From contig NC_134029.1 of assembly GCF_964204645.1 (NCBI RefSeq), positions 9,822,850-9,886,849 of the forward strand: 64,000 nt of DNA, read 5' to 3'. A program made the position numbers and the translations under genes. The DNA is from Tubulanus polymorphus. Lineage: Eukaryota; Animalia; Nemertea. Below are positions 12,701 through 24,356 of the stretch, one piece after another (positions within the stretch are counted from its first letter, which is position 1; each line of letters starts with the position of its first letter). Under the pieces are notes generated by a model, which was not told where the DNA came from, ran no database searches, and saw only the letters and a program-made list of their open reading frames with translations.

Positions 12701-15700
12701 GCAAACACAACAATTGATTTACATGACAGACCCTCAAAGTTTGCGATTCCCCTGATTATCCTTTGTTGTTATGTATGGAAGGTCTCAAACAAACTATGAC
12801 ATTACATGCAATACCTCTTTAGAGATCAGGAAATCCGGGAGTCCTTCCTTATGACGTAGCAGTAGCTAGCTACGGTAAAATGCAGACGTTATGAAGCCTA
12901 GTCAAATTAAGAAACGAATAAAGCAAATACCTCTATGACTGATGAGCTTAACATAAATATTAATAATTGATGATTAAAATCATTCGTTACGATGTTCATT
13001 GAAGAAGCAAAAAATATAGGCAGTGCCCTCGGAATTCTCGGAGGGCAGCGCATTAAAAAAAGTATCTCAACAAATTACAAAATAACTGCAGTTTTTATTT
13101 TCAAGGAAAGAATACTTATTTTACTACGGAAGAGCAATGCGGCCAACAACATTTTATTTTCACTTTGAAAAGTCGACTTTTCGACCTAGTAAGTCGACTT
13201 TTCGAGTTATAAAGCCGACTTTTCGACTTTAAAAAGTCGACTTTTCGAGTTATTAAGTCGACTTTTCGAGTTAGTAAGTCGACCCTTCAAAAAGTCGACT
13301 TTTCGGCTTAATAAGTCGACTTTTCGAGTTTAAAAAGTCGACTTTTCGACTTTAAAAAGTCGACTTTTCGAGTTTAAAAAGTCGACTTTTCGTACGTCCG
13401 CCGGCAGTGATGTGATAGTTGTTCGACCCAATATATTGCTGACCTATAGCTGACCTAATTTCAATAAAGAGTCGCATACTTAAGGCCCCATAGTAAAACG
13501 GGAGGGGAGGGGGTTCAGGCAGAAATCTCAAGGAGTATATGGCCCCTAAAGCCCTGTGATTTTCCAACCATCTGGAAAATTAAATTGAATATGTAACTAT
13601 TTGTATTTGCCTATGAAGGGCTGAAAAATTACACTAGCTTGAAATTGAATGTAGGAATAAGGGAGAACACCCTTAATGCCCTTAGACCCCCTGTATCTTG
13701 TAATTCGATGAGGTATCCCTCAGTGTTCTATGAACCAGAATTAGGTCAGCGATCTCAATATATCAATATGAATAAGTATACTTCATCAATTTTACAATGT
13801 CGTGATATTGATGTCGACTTTTAGCGATATTGTCTCAATAAATTGACATGCATTTTAAGGTTAACTCGTGATAATTATGTCGATGGAACGGTAATGTCGA
13901 GATACAGTATATCGACATAAGTTAAAGTCGTGATCCGTATCACGATTTACCGTGATAAGTTTTCGCGATAAGACAACATTAACGCGATGTATCGACTTAA
14001 TCATGTCGATAAATCGCTATATATCTCGTTTTTTCGACATAATTTCGTCGTGATAAAGCCTCGCCACGGTTTTGTACGCGTCCCAAAAAGTGACAGTCGA
14101 AAAGTCGACTTTTTAAAGTCGAAAAGTCGACTTATTAACTCGAAAAGTCGACTTTTTAAAGTCGAAAAGTCGACTTAATAACTCGAAAAGTCGACTAACT
14201 AAGTCGAAAAGTCGACTTACTAACTCGAAAAGTCGACTTATTAACTCGAAAAGTCGACTTACTAAGTCGAAAAGTCGACTTTTTAAAGTCGAAAAGTCGA
14301 CTTATTAACTCGAAAAGTCGACTTTTTAAAAGTCGAAAAGTCGACTTAATAACTCGAAAAGTCGACCTACTAAGTCGAAAAGTCGACTTTTTAAAGTCGA
14401 AAAGTCGACTTATTAACTCGAAAAGTCGACTTTTTAAAGTCGAAAAGTCGACTTAATAACTCGAAAAGTCGACTAACTAAGTCGAAAAGTCGACTTATTA
14501 ACTCGAAAAGTCGACTTTTTAAAGTCGAAAAGTCGACTTTTTAAAAGTCGAAAAGTCGACTTAATAACTCGGAAAGTCGACTTACTAAGTCGAAAAGTCG
14601 ACTTTTTAAAGTCGAAAAGTCGACTTATTAACTCGAAAAGTCGACTTTTTAAAGTCGAAAAGTCGACTTAATAACTCGAAAAGTCGACTAACTAAGTCGA
14701 AAAGTCGACTTACTAACTCGAAAAGTCGACTTATTAACTCGAAAAGTCGACTTTTTAAACTCGAAAAGTCGACTTTTTAAAGTCGAAAAGTCGACTTTTT
14801 AAACTCGAAAAGTCGACTTATTAAGCCGAAAAGTCGACTTTTTGAAGGGTCGACTTACTAACTCGAAAAGTCGACTTAATAACTCGAAAAGTCGACTTTT
14901 TAAAGTCGAAAAGTCGGCTTTTTAACTCGAAAAGTCGACTTACTAGGTCGAAAAGTCGACTTTTCAAAGTGAAAATAAAATGTTGTTGGCCGCATTGCTC
15001 TTCCGTATTTTACCGATCGAACGCCCAGAAAATGAATCTCAAGTCACAAATATCTCAACGCGCATGACTTGTCTATGCTCAAACTTAGATAATTACTAAC
15101 AATCAATAATTCATCATTCAATGAAAATACGATTACTGACTATTACAAAATGGCAAGAGTGCGGATTTATGTACGATTTTCGTTTTGGTTATTCTTCATA
15201 ACTTTTTGTTCGTTTACATATTATTAGCGAGATTAGCCTCGCCCTGATATTATGACTGTCTTTCCGTGCGTTATGGTCTTATAAACGATATTATAAACCA
15301 ATTGGGAATCTGGAAGAAATTACCTGCCTTGGGCTGAGAGGACACAAGTGCATGTAATGGCCACAAAATCGGCAACATCAACGAACAAGTCAGGAAACAT
15401 GACCGGCGTTTTACATGGAAACAGTGAGGTTAGCGTGATCTTCGTTGTTTGTTTTGAACTGCCAAGGCAAGGTTGAAGACGTTATATCATACGAAAGAAA
15501 ATTGACAGTATCTCACGCAAATTAGTGATAGGTAAACCAACGTCAATATAACAAAATTTGAAGATATTTCATCATATGAAGGAAAATTAATAATAGGTGA
15601 ACCAACGAAAGTAATGAAAGCGATTGGTTCGATTTGATTTAAACAAGTGATTTAGCATACTACCGTAAATTTAACGGAAAATACGGCTCCGTCTGCGAGA

Positions 15701-18700
15701 AGTTGTAAAAGGATTGTTGTGCGGATATTTACAGACAACCGCATTAATATCAATAAACCATATCGCGCTTCTAAATATAACCAAAAAAACAACATCCAAG
15801 GAAAACTCGGTTCAATAAGCTTTCCGTAATCCATATCAAGGAGTTTTGTTTGCTGTCGCTATGGTTACGCATCGGAATATCAAATTGCTTGATTGCAATG
15901 GCGGTTTAAAATGAATATGATCATTTTTTATCACGAAACAGAACTCTATCGATAGCGATAAATAATTCCAGTGAATCACATCAGATACATCGACTTAGGG
16001 CAAGAAAATGCAATTTGCCATCTTACATTTTGTTTCATTCAATATTAATTTTTTTTGTCCCCTACCACAAACCTTTACACATTTTGATTCCATATTGTGC
16101 CTGAATCCAACAGCCGAAATAAGTTAATTTCTTAATCACTTAATATATCATCAGTCAAATAGTGGATTCACCCGCAAATGTGAAAAAGTTTTTAAAATTT
16201 TGAAGAGCGAGGTTAGGTTGAAGAGCGAGAATATGGTGATCGCACCCAAGAAAAGATGAAAACGATTTTCTTAAAAGCCATCGATAATAAGACGAACCAT
16301 GGCGCTTTTACAATACCTAGAAATATAGGAGAACCAATTCTAAGTTAACTGAATACATTTCAAAGATTTTCACTCTCCCAGTACGTGTATTCTGTCCACC
16401 TTCCACCTAGATTCATAAATCCAGTTTCATCGGTATCACTTCCGAGATTCCTTTTCATTTTCGTTGTTCTCCAAACACATAAGTACTGACACTCGATTGA
16501 CCTATTGGAATTTCACTTTAGAAAAATCAAAGTTTAAACAAAGAAACGCCTATCACATATAAAGGAAAAATTAGTATCACAGACCATGTTGATTAGTTCT
16601 AGTCTAAATTTAGTTCTGCTGTCGAAATACAATCATTCTAAATCCAGAACATACAATTGAACTTACGTAACTAATACACACGAGAGCGATCACTCTAATA
16701 TCTAGTTTCTAAAAGTTTTCGTATCGCTTAAATGAACCATGGCGCAACTGTTTCGTGTGCAACAAGATTTTGAATACGCGATTGAAAACCACAATAATAA
16801 TCATAGAGGTCGGTGTTCTCGATTTCCAAAAAAAATCATTGATTTAGCAATGATTTCACCTCGGATAAAGCTCCGTGCAAAATATCAAATCGTCTATATT
16901 TCATCGTATAGAGATATGATGAATCGATCAATTAGTAAATATTCTAGCTAACCACGTTCGTGCGCTGGAGTTAGAATCTTCAACCTTTTTCTTTAAGTCT
17001 AAGAGCAAAAAATAATAATCCGCCACTAAAAATACGTTTGAAATCCGACCCTATCACGACAAAAAAAACGCTTCGAATCCGATCGGTTTAGAATACATCA
17101 GTTAAAAGTGAACTGATTTTTCTCGGAAATTGGGCGATTTCATTTGCTGCGTATTACTAACAAAAACAAACTTTTTAAGTAATTTTATAGTTTGCAATAA
17201 TAATTATCACGTAACCTTACTTGAAGATCAGTAGCGAGCCAAGACCGGCTTTTATCTTTCTACAAACTTGCGATACAGGAGAGATTGGTGGTTAGTTTCG
17301 TAGCGGTGCGTTAGTGTTATCCATTGTACTATTATTAATACCATCGATGACGTCAGCGTAAAAAGACAACTTACCGGACTGCATTGTAAATATGATAAAC
17401 GTACTGGATAAAATCCATATTGCATCGGCTGGCGGGTCATTGAGACGATTCTCCTCGGAAATCGTAGATGCGGAACTACGTGAAATGAATTCCATTATTT
17501 TGGTCGTAGTTAATGTTGACATAGTTGTTGTTGTGTTGTTGGACATTTTGGCATATTAGCTCGTCGTGTGTATCGGTTATTACACTGGCGATGATGATTA
17601 CTCAACGAATGAAGTGCCTTCGGTTTACGGCACGGCATAATAGCCAGTGAAACTCGTTTGCGATTAATACCCATCCGATAGATTTGAATATCTATCGACC
17701 GGCCATTAGTGGCACAATATCGCCTTACAATTCGTCCAAACTTCAGCCGCGTACCTTTCGATCTTTGACAAACATGATTAGCCGGTGAAATCGAATGTAT
17801 TATTCATAACGGCCGCTTTATATATAGTGTTTATCTAATCCGATGACCCGTGCTTCACCTTGTACATCCTGAAATTCCGAGAATCAAAAAATCGTGTGTA
17901 GAACAGGTTTCATGCAGCTCTTAACAATCTTATTGCATCATATGAAACATTCGATTGACGAAGACTGGATGAAATCACATAATTAACTTAATTAGCGCAT
18001 TAGAAACGTTATTGTCCGTGGTTTAGGTTCCAAAGAAAAATCGCCATCTTCAAAAATATCGAAATATTCATGGGGATAGAATGCGACTTTTGGTCGTCGA
18101 TAACGCGCACTCGCGCCGTCAAAACGATGCTGATTATTAAGAAGATTACCGTGGACGCCCAAAGGTCAACACTGAACTAATCGTTCAGAACATTTAATCC
18201 GTGACACCGTTCATATCCGATTTCAAACAAAACGTCAGTGCGCATCATTATAGGTTTGCAGTCGATTTCCGATGCGTGGAATATCGACGTGGATGCTATG
18301 TTTGTTCCTCTGCTGCACGCGTCCATTGTTATGAGGTGAAAATGCCACCATCCGTGCACCGAGAAGGCTGAGCGAAGACCGCTGTAATTAATGAGCAAAA
18401 CCCATCGTAGTTGATGATGTAACGGTTTCGAAGTTTTGACTTAATTTCATAGAAACGAACATGACATGTCATTTTCATTTCTCTAATGAAGTTTAGTCAA
18501 AACTGGAAACTGTACGAATAAACTGTTACATCATCAATTACTACCTGTGGGTTTTGCTTATCAATTCTGAAATACTAAGATTTATATCATTCGACCAGTC
18601 AGGCCGCTATAATCGTGCCTTACCAGTATTGGTGAATCCGACGTGTTGGATTGATACATCAGGTGTCATCCCTCGACGTTAAATTCCACGCGCCGTCGAT

Positions 18701-21700
18701 GCTTTCAATATCTTATCTTTGAAATACGTCGTAATTATCAAGACTTATAAGCACGCAGATGAATATCATCATAAAAGAATCTTGTAGGTGCAGAAAAGTA
18801 GTTTTGTCTTGTAGTCAATAGGATCAACTCCTAGGGTACAAAAGGGCGCAGGTTCTCAGAAAATACACTTAAATCTTAGCTTTTAAAGAATGTCTAATTA
18901 GCAAAGTTATGTAGATGCAAATGCATATGCAACTTCAAGGGCAATGTGTTTCACTGTGACGCTCGGGTGAGCAACGGTTTCGTCTTCTGAAACCATACGT
19001 ATCTTAAAACGTGTTTCAATTTCGCATGACGAATCATGGTGTACGTATATGAACATCTAAGAACAAATTAGTATGGTAAACTAAGATACCTAACTGGTTG
19101 ATGTTGGTTGATGGATAGTCTCCTTGGAAGCTTCGCAAGGTTTTGCTATTTTAATACAATCGATATATTCTCTCTCTCTCAAAAAGCAGATTGCTCAACT
19201 AAACGATAGAAAGGTTTTAAATGGAAAGTACCCTAAAATACGCAAAAGAAACCATCAATTAAATCTAATATAATCAGTGCGAAACCCTAAAACAGCCTTT
19301 TCAGCGGCCGAAGTTTTTCTTTGTTTCCGTTCATCATATTCTGACTTCCGACCTAAGACTTATAGAAGATAGAACCACTTAATCAGAGGATGAGATAAAA
19401 TACAGACTGGCGATCACGTCTTGTGGTCTAAAGAGTTTTCAATATTCAGATATATTTTGGCCACAAGGGAAAATGTTCGGAGGGAAAATGCGCAGATTGA
19501 AAATGTCCTGGGTTCATTAAAATTTGGACCGATATACTATAACCACTTAATCAAACAAATGATTCACGTAGAAAATCGTTATCTTTACCTATGCTTCATA
19601 GAGGAGCAAGCAGAGCCATTAAAATTGGCACCGTTATGTATAACCAAGACTGCCTGTAAAAATCATCAAAAGCAAGGAACTAGACTGAGGCAAACACAAT
19701 GTGCCAACGACCGTTTTTGTTAATGGTGGGCAACATACATCGATCTATAAATCAGATCCCATGGTTTATAGGAATACCGGTTGCTACTCTGGGCTCCTGG
19801 GCCCCGTTGCACAGTCGTGACTTAAGTCCAAAAGTGGTCTCAAATCTTAAGACTGGTCTTAAGTTGTTAGATTGGCTATAGAACTAAGTTGGTCTTAGAC
19901 TGGTCTTAGGTCTAAGCCATGACTATGCAACCGATCCCTGATATATTTCCACCTATAGGGGTGCTGAAGTTTTTGATGCATTTCAATAGTTTTTTTTATG
20001 ATGTTACCTAGCAACGGTGATTTGAAATTGATCCAACAGGATGTTAAGAATATCCGATAATTTAAGATCTTCGGACTAAATAAGCAAATCTTATACTCCT
20101 TTCTTCGCATCGCACGAATACAGTAATTGATTTTAGAATCTTTCAAATATCAATCAATTATGAAAAACGCTATCATAGCTATCGTAACATTTCTCTCCAG
20201 GTTTCCGCATGGAGGAAGGCGTATTTGACGTAAAATGAATGTGTGGTGTCGAAAATTCCACTGGTTATACAAAAAATAAAAACTGAACAAACACTATGTG
20301 GCTACAATGCTCTCTGCCATACAAATGCGGGAAGCTAACGGTCCGGATTTACTTTGATGTCGTCAAGCCTGCCATTTACCATTTATTAGTTTATGACCTT
20401 TACGATGACGTTACACTATTAACGAAGGTGTGGCTAGCAGCCGCTGTTTCCCTTAGATCGTGTTAAGAAGATTTTAGGATTTTCGTGCGTGATGCGTATG
20501 GTAATGATCATTATTGAGATTGAGGCGTACAGCAAGAAATACACGAAACAAAAAAAGCAAAATACGGACTTTGTATTAATTTTCTATGCTTAGTTCGTCT
20601 GCATCGCCCTGCACATAGAAACAAGAAACAAACTTGAATGGCATCAACATGTCGGCGGTTTTGATTTGATCCGTTCGTTGTCGATGATTAGTTACTGTAT
20701 GAGAGCGTTTCATTTTTAGCTACACGGCTATCGCACACTCGCGCAAAGCTATTGAAAAACACGCTTCTTGTGATATCGAAACTAACCTACGAAACGGCTT
20801 TTGGCCAAGCGATGCTTTTTTGTATCGGAGAACCGCATACAAGCGCAAGCAAGCTGGAAAATATGTTTCATGTTTCGTGTTTCTTTCTCAAAGTGTGCAC
20901 TGTGAATAAATCCAGATCTGAATGCACGTATATCGCGATTAGATTCCAACAGATGGAAAGCTAAAGGCTATTCTTATTGGAGTTGCACATTCGAAAAAGC
21001 AAATACGGTTTGTTTTCTTTTATGATAGGCGATTGAAAGTACAAATCGTAAAATCCCGAAACAAGCGTCAATAATTGCATAACGGAATGACAGCCCCTTA
21101 GGTCCGAGCGCCAAAATGTGTCTTCGTAGTAACCAATTTTTACAGCGCATGACCTTGATAGCGCATAAAAAGGCACCGAAGAAACATCACGTAGGCCTGC
21201 TAATGAAAAATAACCTTTTGAGCCATGAATATCAGCGGGATCGATGCTATAATAAAGTGTCCCCTTTAAATTCGCTCCTTTCATGAAATGTGACAGAAAA
21301 TAGTCAAAGAAGGTACATCTTCCTGAGCCCAATTAGCTAATTAGTTTTTCTCTTAATACGCACATATTCGCAACGATGACATTTTGTTTTCAAATACACC
21401 TAGGCGTGAATATACGATCAACAAATAATCAGAATGAATACGACTCACTATCCGGTGGCTCTGAATCGCTTCTCAGCTTCAAACGAACGATACACGATAA
21501 TTCAAAGGTAATTCGAACGATATGAACTTTCGTTATATTCTCGGAGTCCGCATGCATCGATGCCGAGCTAACAACGGAATACGACTCGTATTGACTACAG
21601 AAAGTCCCGATGGGGTAACTAAGATGCAAGACGTTTCACGAGAAAGTACGAATTAATGTGCATTTCAATAGTCATAGTAGAATATTCAAGTACTAGCATT

Positions 21701-22023
21701 AGAAAAAAATGCGAAGCAAGATCTGATAAAAATCACTAAGTCTCGTCGGAAAATGAACGTATATCGATGAACACTGTAATCTTACCTGATTGCATTGTGA
21801 AGATGATAAAAGCGCTAGTGAGGATCCAAGTGGCGTCGTCATGGGTAACATTATGCGTCGATACTCGAATACCTTCTGTTTCGTCCATCTGATCCTCGAC
21901 GACTGCCCTCTTCCGTCGACGAGACTGGTCGCCGACACCCGCGAAAGTGTAAGACCTTGTTTCCTTAACCAGTAACGCGTACAATAAACAAAACACGAGA
22001 ACAAATCTACTTCGAGCAGCCAT
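793..22023 (-). CDS. amt: Ammonium transporter (Amt/Mep family), spliced, 3'-partial. Exons: alternative first exons 21786-22023 or 17375-17546, then 9093-9356, 8505-8793, 3639-3710, 3023-3082, 2544-2620, 2093-2206, 793-914; continues beyond the window
   Basis: The joined exons keep frame with GT-AG sites. They give Amt motifs FTMQSGFGLLESG, KNEVNIMVKNAAD, FFQASFATTATTIVSGAMAER, AHWVW, DIAGAGPVHLVGG, MLWWGWLGFNCGS, NGILGSLVGIT and KIDDPVGVVPVH. Both pore histidines are present. Confidence 0.96.
3380..3470. repeat. Short degenerate tandem repeat, about 31-bp unit, 3 copies
   Basis: Recurrent ttttaacg(cc/tg)..atta motif at about 3393, 3425 and 3455. Confidence 0.5.
3851..5243 (+). CDS. LINE ORF1p (RRM-like region, CCHC zinc knuckles, SGNH esterase) with one frameshift near 4146
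   Basis: ORFs 3851-4150 and 4137-5243 join at VDAP/HEMDD. Motifs: GTRYL; CHNCKSADHFKRDC knuckle; SGNH blocks GDSN, HIGTND and DKSGIH. Confidence 0.85.
5261..8181 (+). CDS. LINE ORF2p (APE endonuclease plus reverse transcriptase) with one frameshift near 7582
   Basis: APE motifs LTETW, VYRAP, GDFN, IDNI and SDH. RT motifs YRPISVLP, QFGFR, DLSKAFD, GVPQGSILGP and FADD. After the shift the frame continues GIIFDQNLTWKEHI...LQKRAIR...WNNLP. Confidence 0.93.
8297..8349 (+). other. LINE 3' UTR stem-loop, candidate RT recognition signal
   Basis: Outer stem gtgagggatt/aattcctcgc with an inner hairpin aagcc-ttatt-ggctt, about 80 nt before the tail. Confidence 0.55.
9398..9803. mobile_element. MITE (non-autonomous DNA transposon) in the Amt first intron
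   Basis: Imperfect TIRs ggctgtccataaaagacg / catcttttatcgacagcc with C-rich subterminal tracts. Confidence 0.65.
13168..13391. repeat. 22-bp minisatellite, left arm (about 10 copies)
   Basis: Unit approximately AAGTCGACTTTTCGAGTTATTA, with the palindromic core AAGTCGACTT. Confidence 0.93.
14097..14964. repeat. 22-bp minisatellite, right arm, inverted relative to the left (about 39 copies)
   Basis: Unit approximately TCGAAAAGTCGACTTATTAA(C/G), the reverse complement of the left array. Confidence 0.95.
17375..17546 (-). CDS. amt: Amt first coding exon, proximal version (Thr-rich N-terminus plus TM1)
   Basis: ATG at 17546, MSNNTTTT...DAIWILSSTFIIFTMQS-G|gtaagt. The phase-1 donor matches the acceptor at 9356. 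Confidence 0.9.
18387..18566. mobile_element. MITE-like inverted repeat upstream of the proximal Amt first exon
   Basis: gcaaaacccatcgtagttgatgatgtaacggttt pairs imperfectly with aaactgttacatcatcaattactacctgtgggttttgc. Confidence 0.6.
19800..19937. mobile_element. PIF/Harbinger-like MITE with CTG TSD
   Basis: TIRs ggccccgttgcacagtcgtgacttaag / ctaagccatgactatgcaaccgatcc, CTG on both sides, and internal ggtctta repeats. Confidence 0.7.
21786..22023 (-). CDS. amt: Amt first coding exon, distal version (signal peptide, RRRKR site, TM1)
   Basis: ATG at 22023, MAARSRFVLVFCLLYALLV...RRRKRAVV...DDATWILTSAFIIFTMQS-G|gtaaga. Same phase-1 donor position as the proximal exon. Confidence 0.88.
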
Positions 22024-24224
22024 GTCAAAGACTTATCGCTCGCGGTATCGCTTCAGAGGAACCAACGTCACGGAAATTAATAATGGCTCGGTTTCATTCA
22101 GACTGTTGACATTGTCGTGAAAGGCAAACCTCGTTCTGTTGGAACGAGGAACGTCGTCTGTGGACATGCGCGTTTATCAATTTCGTTGACCAGCGATAGT
22201 TTTTCCGAGAACACTGCACCCTTTGTAGTTCGATAACCTGCAACGTGTCGTTTGGCTTCACAACGTCTCGTGTAGTGGATCACCTGACGAGGGAGCGTAT
22301 ATGATATGCGGCTCTCCAGAATCCATTTTCTTCCACTTTATTACGTAGACAAAAAACCGAACCAACGCAAGAGAATAATCACGACCTCAAACTATCTACC
22401 TAGCGTTACGCGATAAGCGACGGGCTTGCAGAATCGCTTGAATATATCTTAATGGATTTGAGCGTGTTGTGAGAAGCTAGACAAACAAACACGCTTCCAT
22501 CAATCAATGGTGATGCCATAATATTTCTATGCAGCAGATTCCCTAGAAAATGTCTCTCACAAAAGCAATCGGCAATAATCAGACGAGCAAAATGATAAAA
22601 ATCGTGTATGTATCAATGTAAATTCATGAGTATTCATTTTGAATGTGCGCGGACTTATTGCGAGGTGTAGTTTGTGTCCTCGGGTCGATTTCATCGAATA
22701 TACGGAGTCCACGTACTCGGCAGCACGGGTTCAATTCAATTCATTAAGCCATAGAGACCAACTGATTGAATAGATGTTATTACACCCGGTTTAATGCACG
22801 ACTTTCATATGACTGTATGAAAAGCACGCTAAGCACAAAAAACCAACGGGAAACGGATCTGGTGAAAACTACAGATGAAAGCGTTGATGGTTATACCAGA
22901 GTAGTACGTATTTCCGTTCACGGTTCACACTTGAATCACGCCTAATTATAAACAAGCTGATTGAAAATGAATCAAACAAGATTCGGTTAATGACTTTGGC
23001 TGGACATGCAATGAACTGTTGTACCGATAAACAATGCGATACGGAGAAGGGAGGGTACTGCTGTATTGAACTTGATGTCTCTGTATGACTTAACGGACCG
23101 AACTGGCTACATCATCGATTTGTAAAGCGTGAAAAGAATCTTCAATAATTAATGACGGATCGAATCATCGACGGATCGAATCACTTGTGGAAACTAATTA
23201 ATCGTTGTTTGATTGCCTTATTTACGTGTGAGATTTCTGTTTGGGTTTCACGCTAGGTTATTGATTTGATGTGTAATCTATTTTCAACGTCTCTGTCCTT
23301 TCAACGGATGCGGTGACAATCAAAAACGTTTTCTTCGCCTACAACGAGATCATTATCACGTTTTGAATACATCCGACGTGTGTCATCTTCCCAATACACG
23401 GGGAACCTCCATTAGGTATTCTAACCAGATCTCTTTCCGAGTCTGTCAAGATGAAAAGTTTACGGTAGGCCGCATTATCATTCAACGTTGTACGGTGTAT
23501 TCGTATAGAAAGATTCAGCATTCTTGGGAAAGAGCCCTGTATTGATAATGTGTAATCCTATGTCCGGATACCAGTGAATTTATGGTAACATAACTCAACG
23601 TAGGAGAGAGAAAAACCGAAAAGGGAACACGTATTTCAGTGAGAAATCGTATTTTGTTTTTTTTCTTGTCTCGTGATACCATCGCGTTTGAAAAGGGACC
23701 TGAAATCTGAATGATTTCCAACGTTTGCATCAATGTAAACGTCTCATTTCCCCAGGGACTGTTAACTCAAGAGTAAAAACCCGCAGTTGATATTAAAGCG
23801 TTTATTGTCTGGCAGTTTCGGAGTTTATCTAAACTCCGTCTTCAGAGAAACCAAAATCATTTTGGCTTAAATATCAATTGTGGGTTTTTGCTTGTCAAAT
23901 CAAAACACATAGATTAACATCAGTCTTCCAGTCACTTGCTGACTTACATTTTTTAGATGTTATACATGGGCGCTTATCGCCACCCTCTCAGTTTGTAACG
24001 ATAAAACGCGAACGAATCGCTTTGTCAGAGCGATGGTCGAGACGTATAATAAAGGCGAAACAAATTAAAGCCACGCGTTCGTCTAAATAATCCATGGACT
24101 AGACCAAAAGGAATTCCATTTTTAGATGCGGCTCAATAGAGTCATGATTCCAGACTTTATTGCCAAGCCCTACCGAATAAAGAATATGTAAAGTCTAGTT
24201 GAAATATGAAGAATATCAATTCCA

Positions 24225-24356
24225 GGGACCAGTTTCACAAAAATGTTAAACTCAAATTTTTGGTAAAATTGCCATTGGTTACTTACATGTTTTCAATGAG
24301 GACAACAATTCAAACTCAACCGTTTTAGGCTTAAACTTTTTCGTAAAACTGGGTCC
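24225..24356. mobile_element. PIF/Harbinger-like MITE
   Basis: TIRs ggaccagtttcacaaaaa / tttttcgtaaaactgggtcc. Similar termini occur near 42724-42840 and 32520-32534. Confidence 0.6.

Larger units (their letters stand above)
13125..15007. mobile_element. Foldback-type non-autonomous DNA transposon with internal satellite arrays and a 6-bp TSD (TTTTAC)
   Basis: Termini TACGGAAGAGCAATGCGG / CCGCATTGCTCTTCCGTA; roughly 265-bp inverted arms; TTTTAC at 13119-13124 and 15008-15013. Confidence 0.9.

Noticed and set aside
13168-14964. Regular palindromic repeats resembling a CRISPR array
   Set aside because: There are no unique spacers and no cas genes, the context is eukaryotic, and the arrays lie within TIRs.
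21786-22023. A second independent Amt gene
   Set aside because: No further Amt exons were found between 21786 and 17546, so it is best read as an alternative first exon (or an orphaned duplicate).
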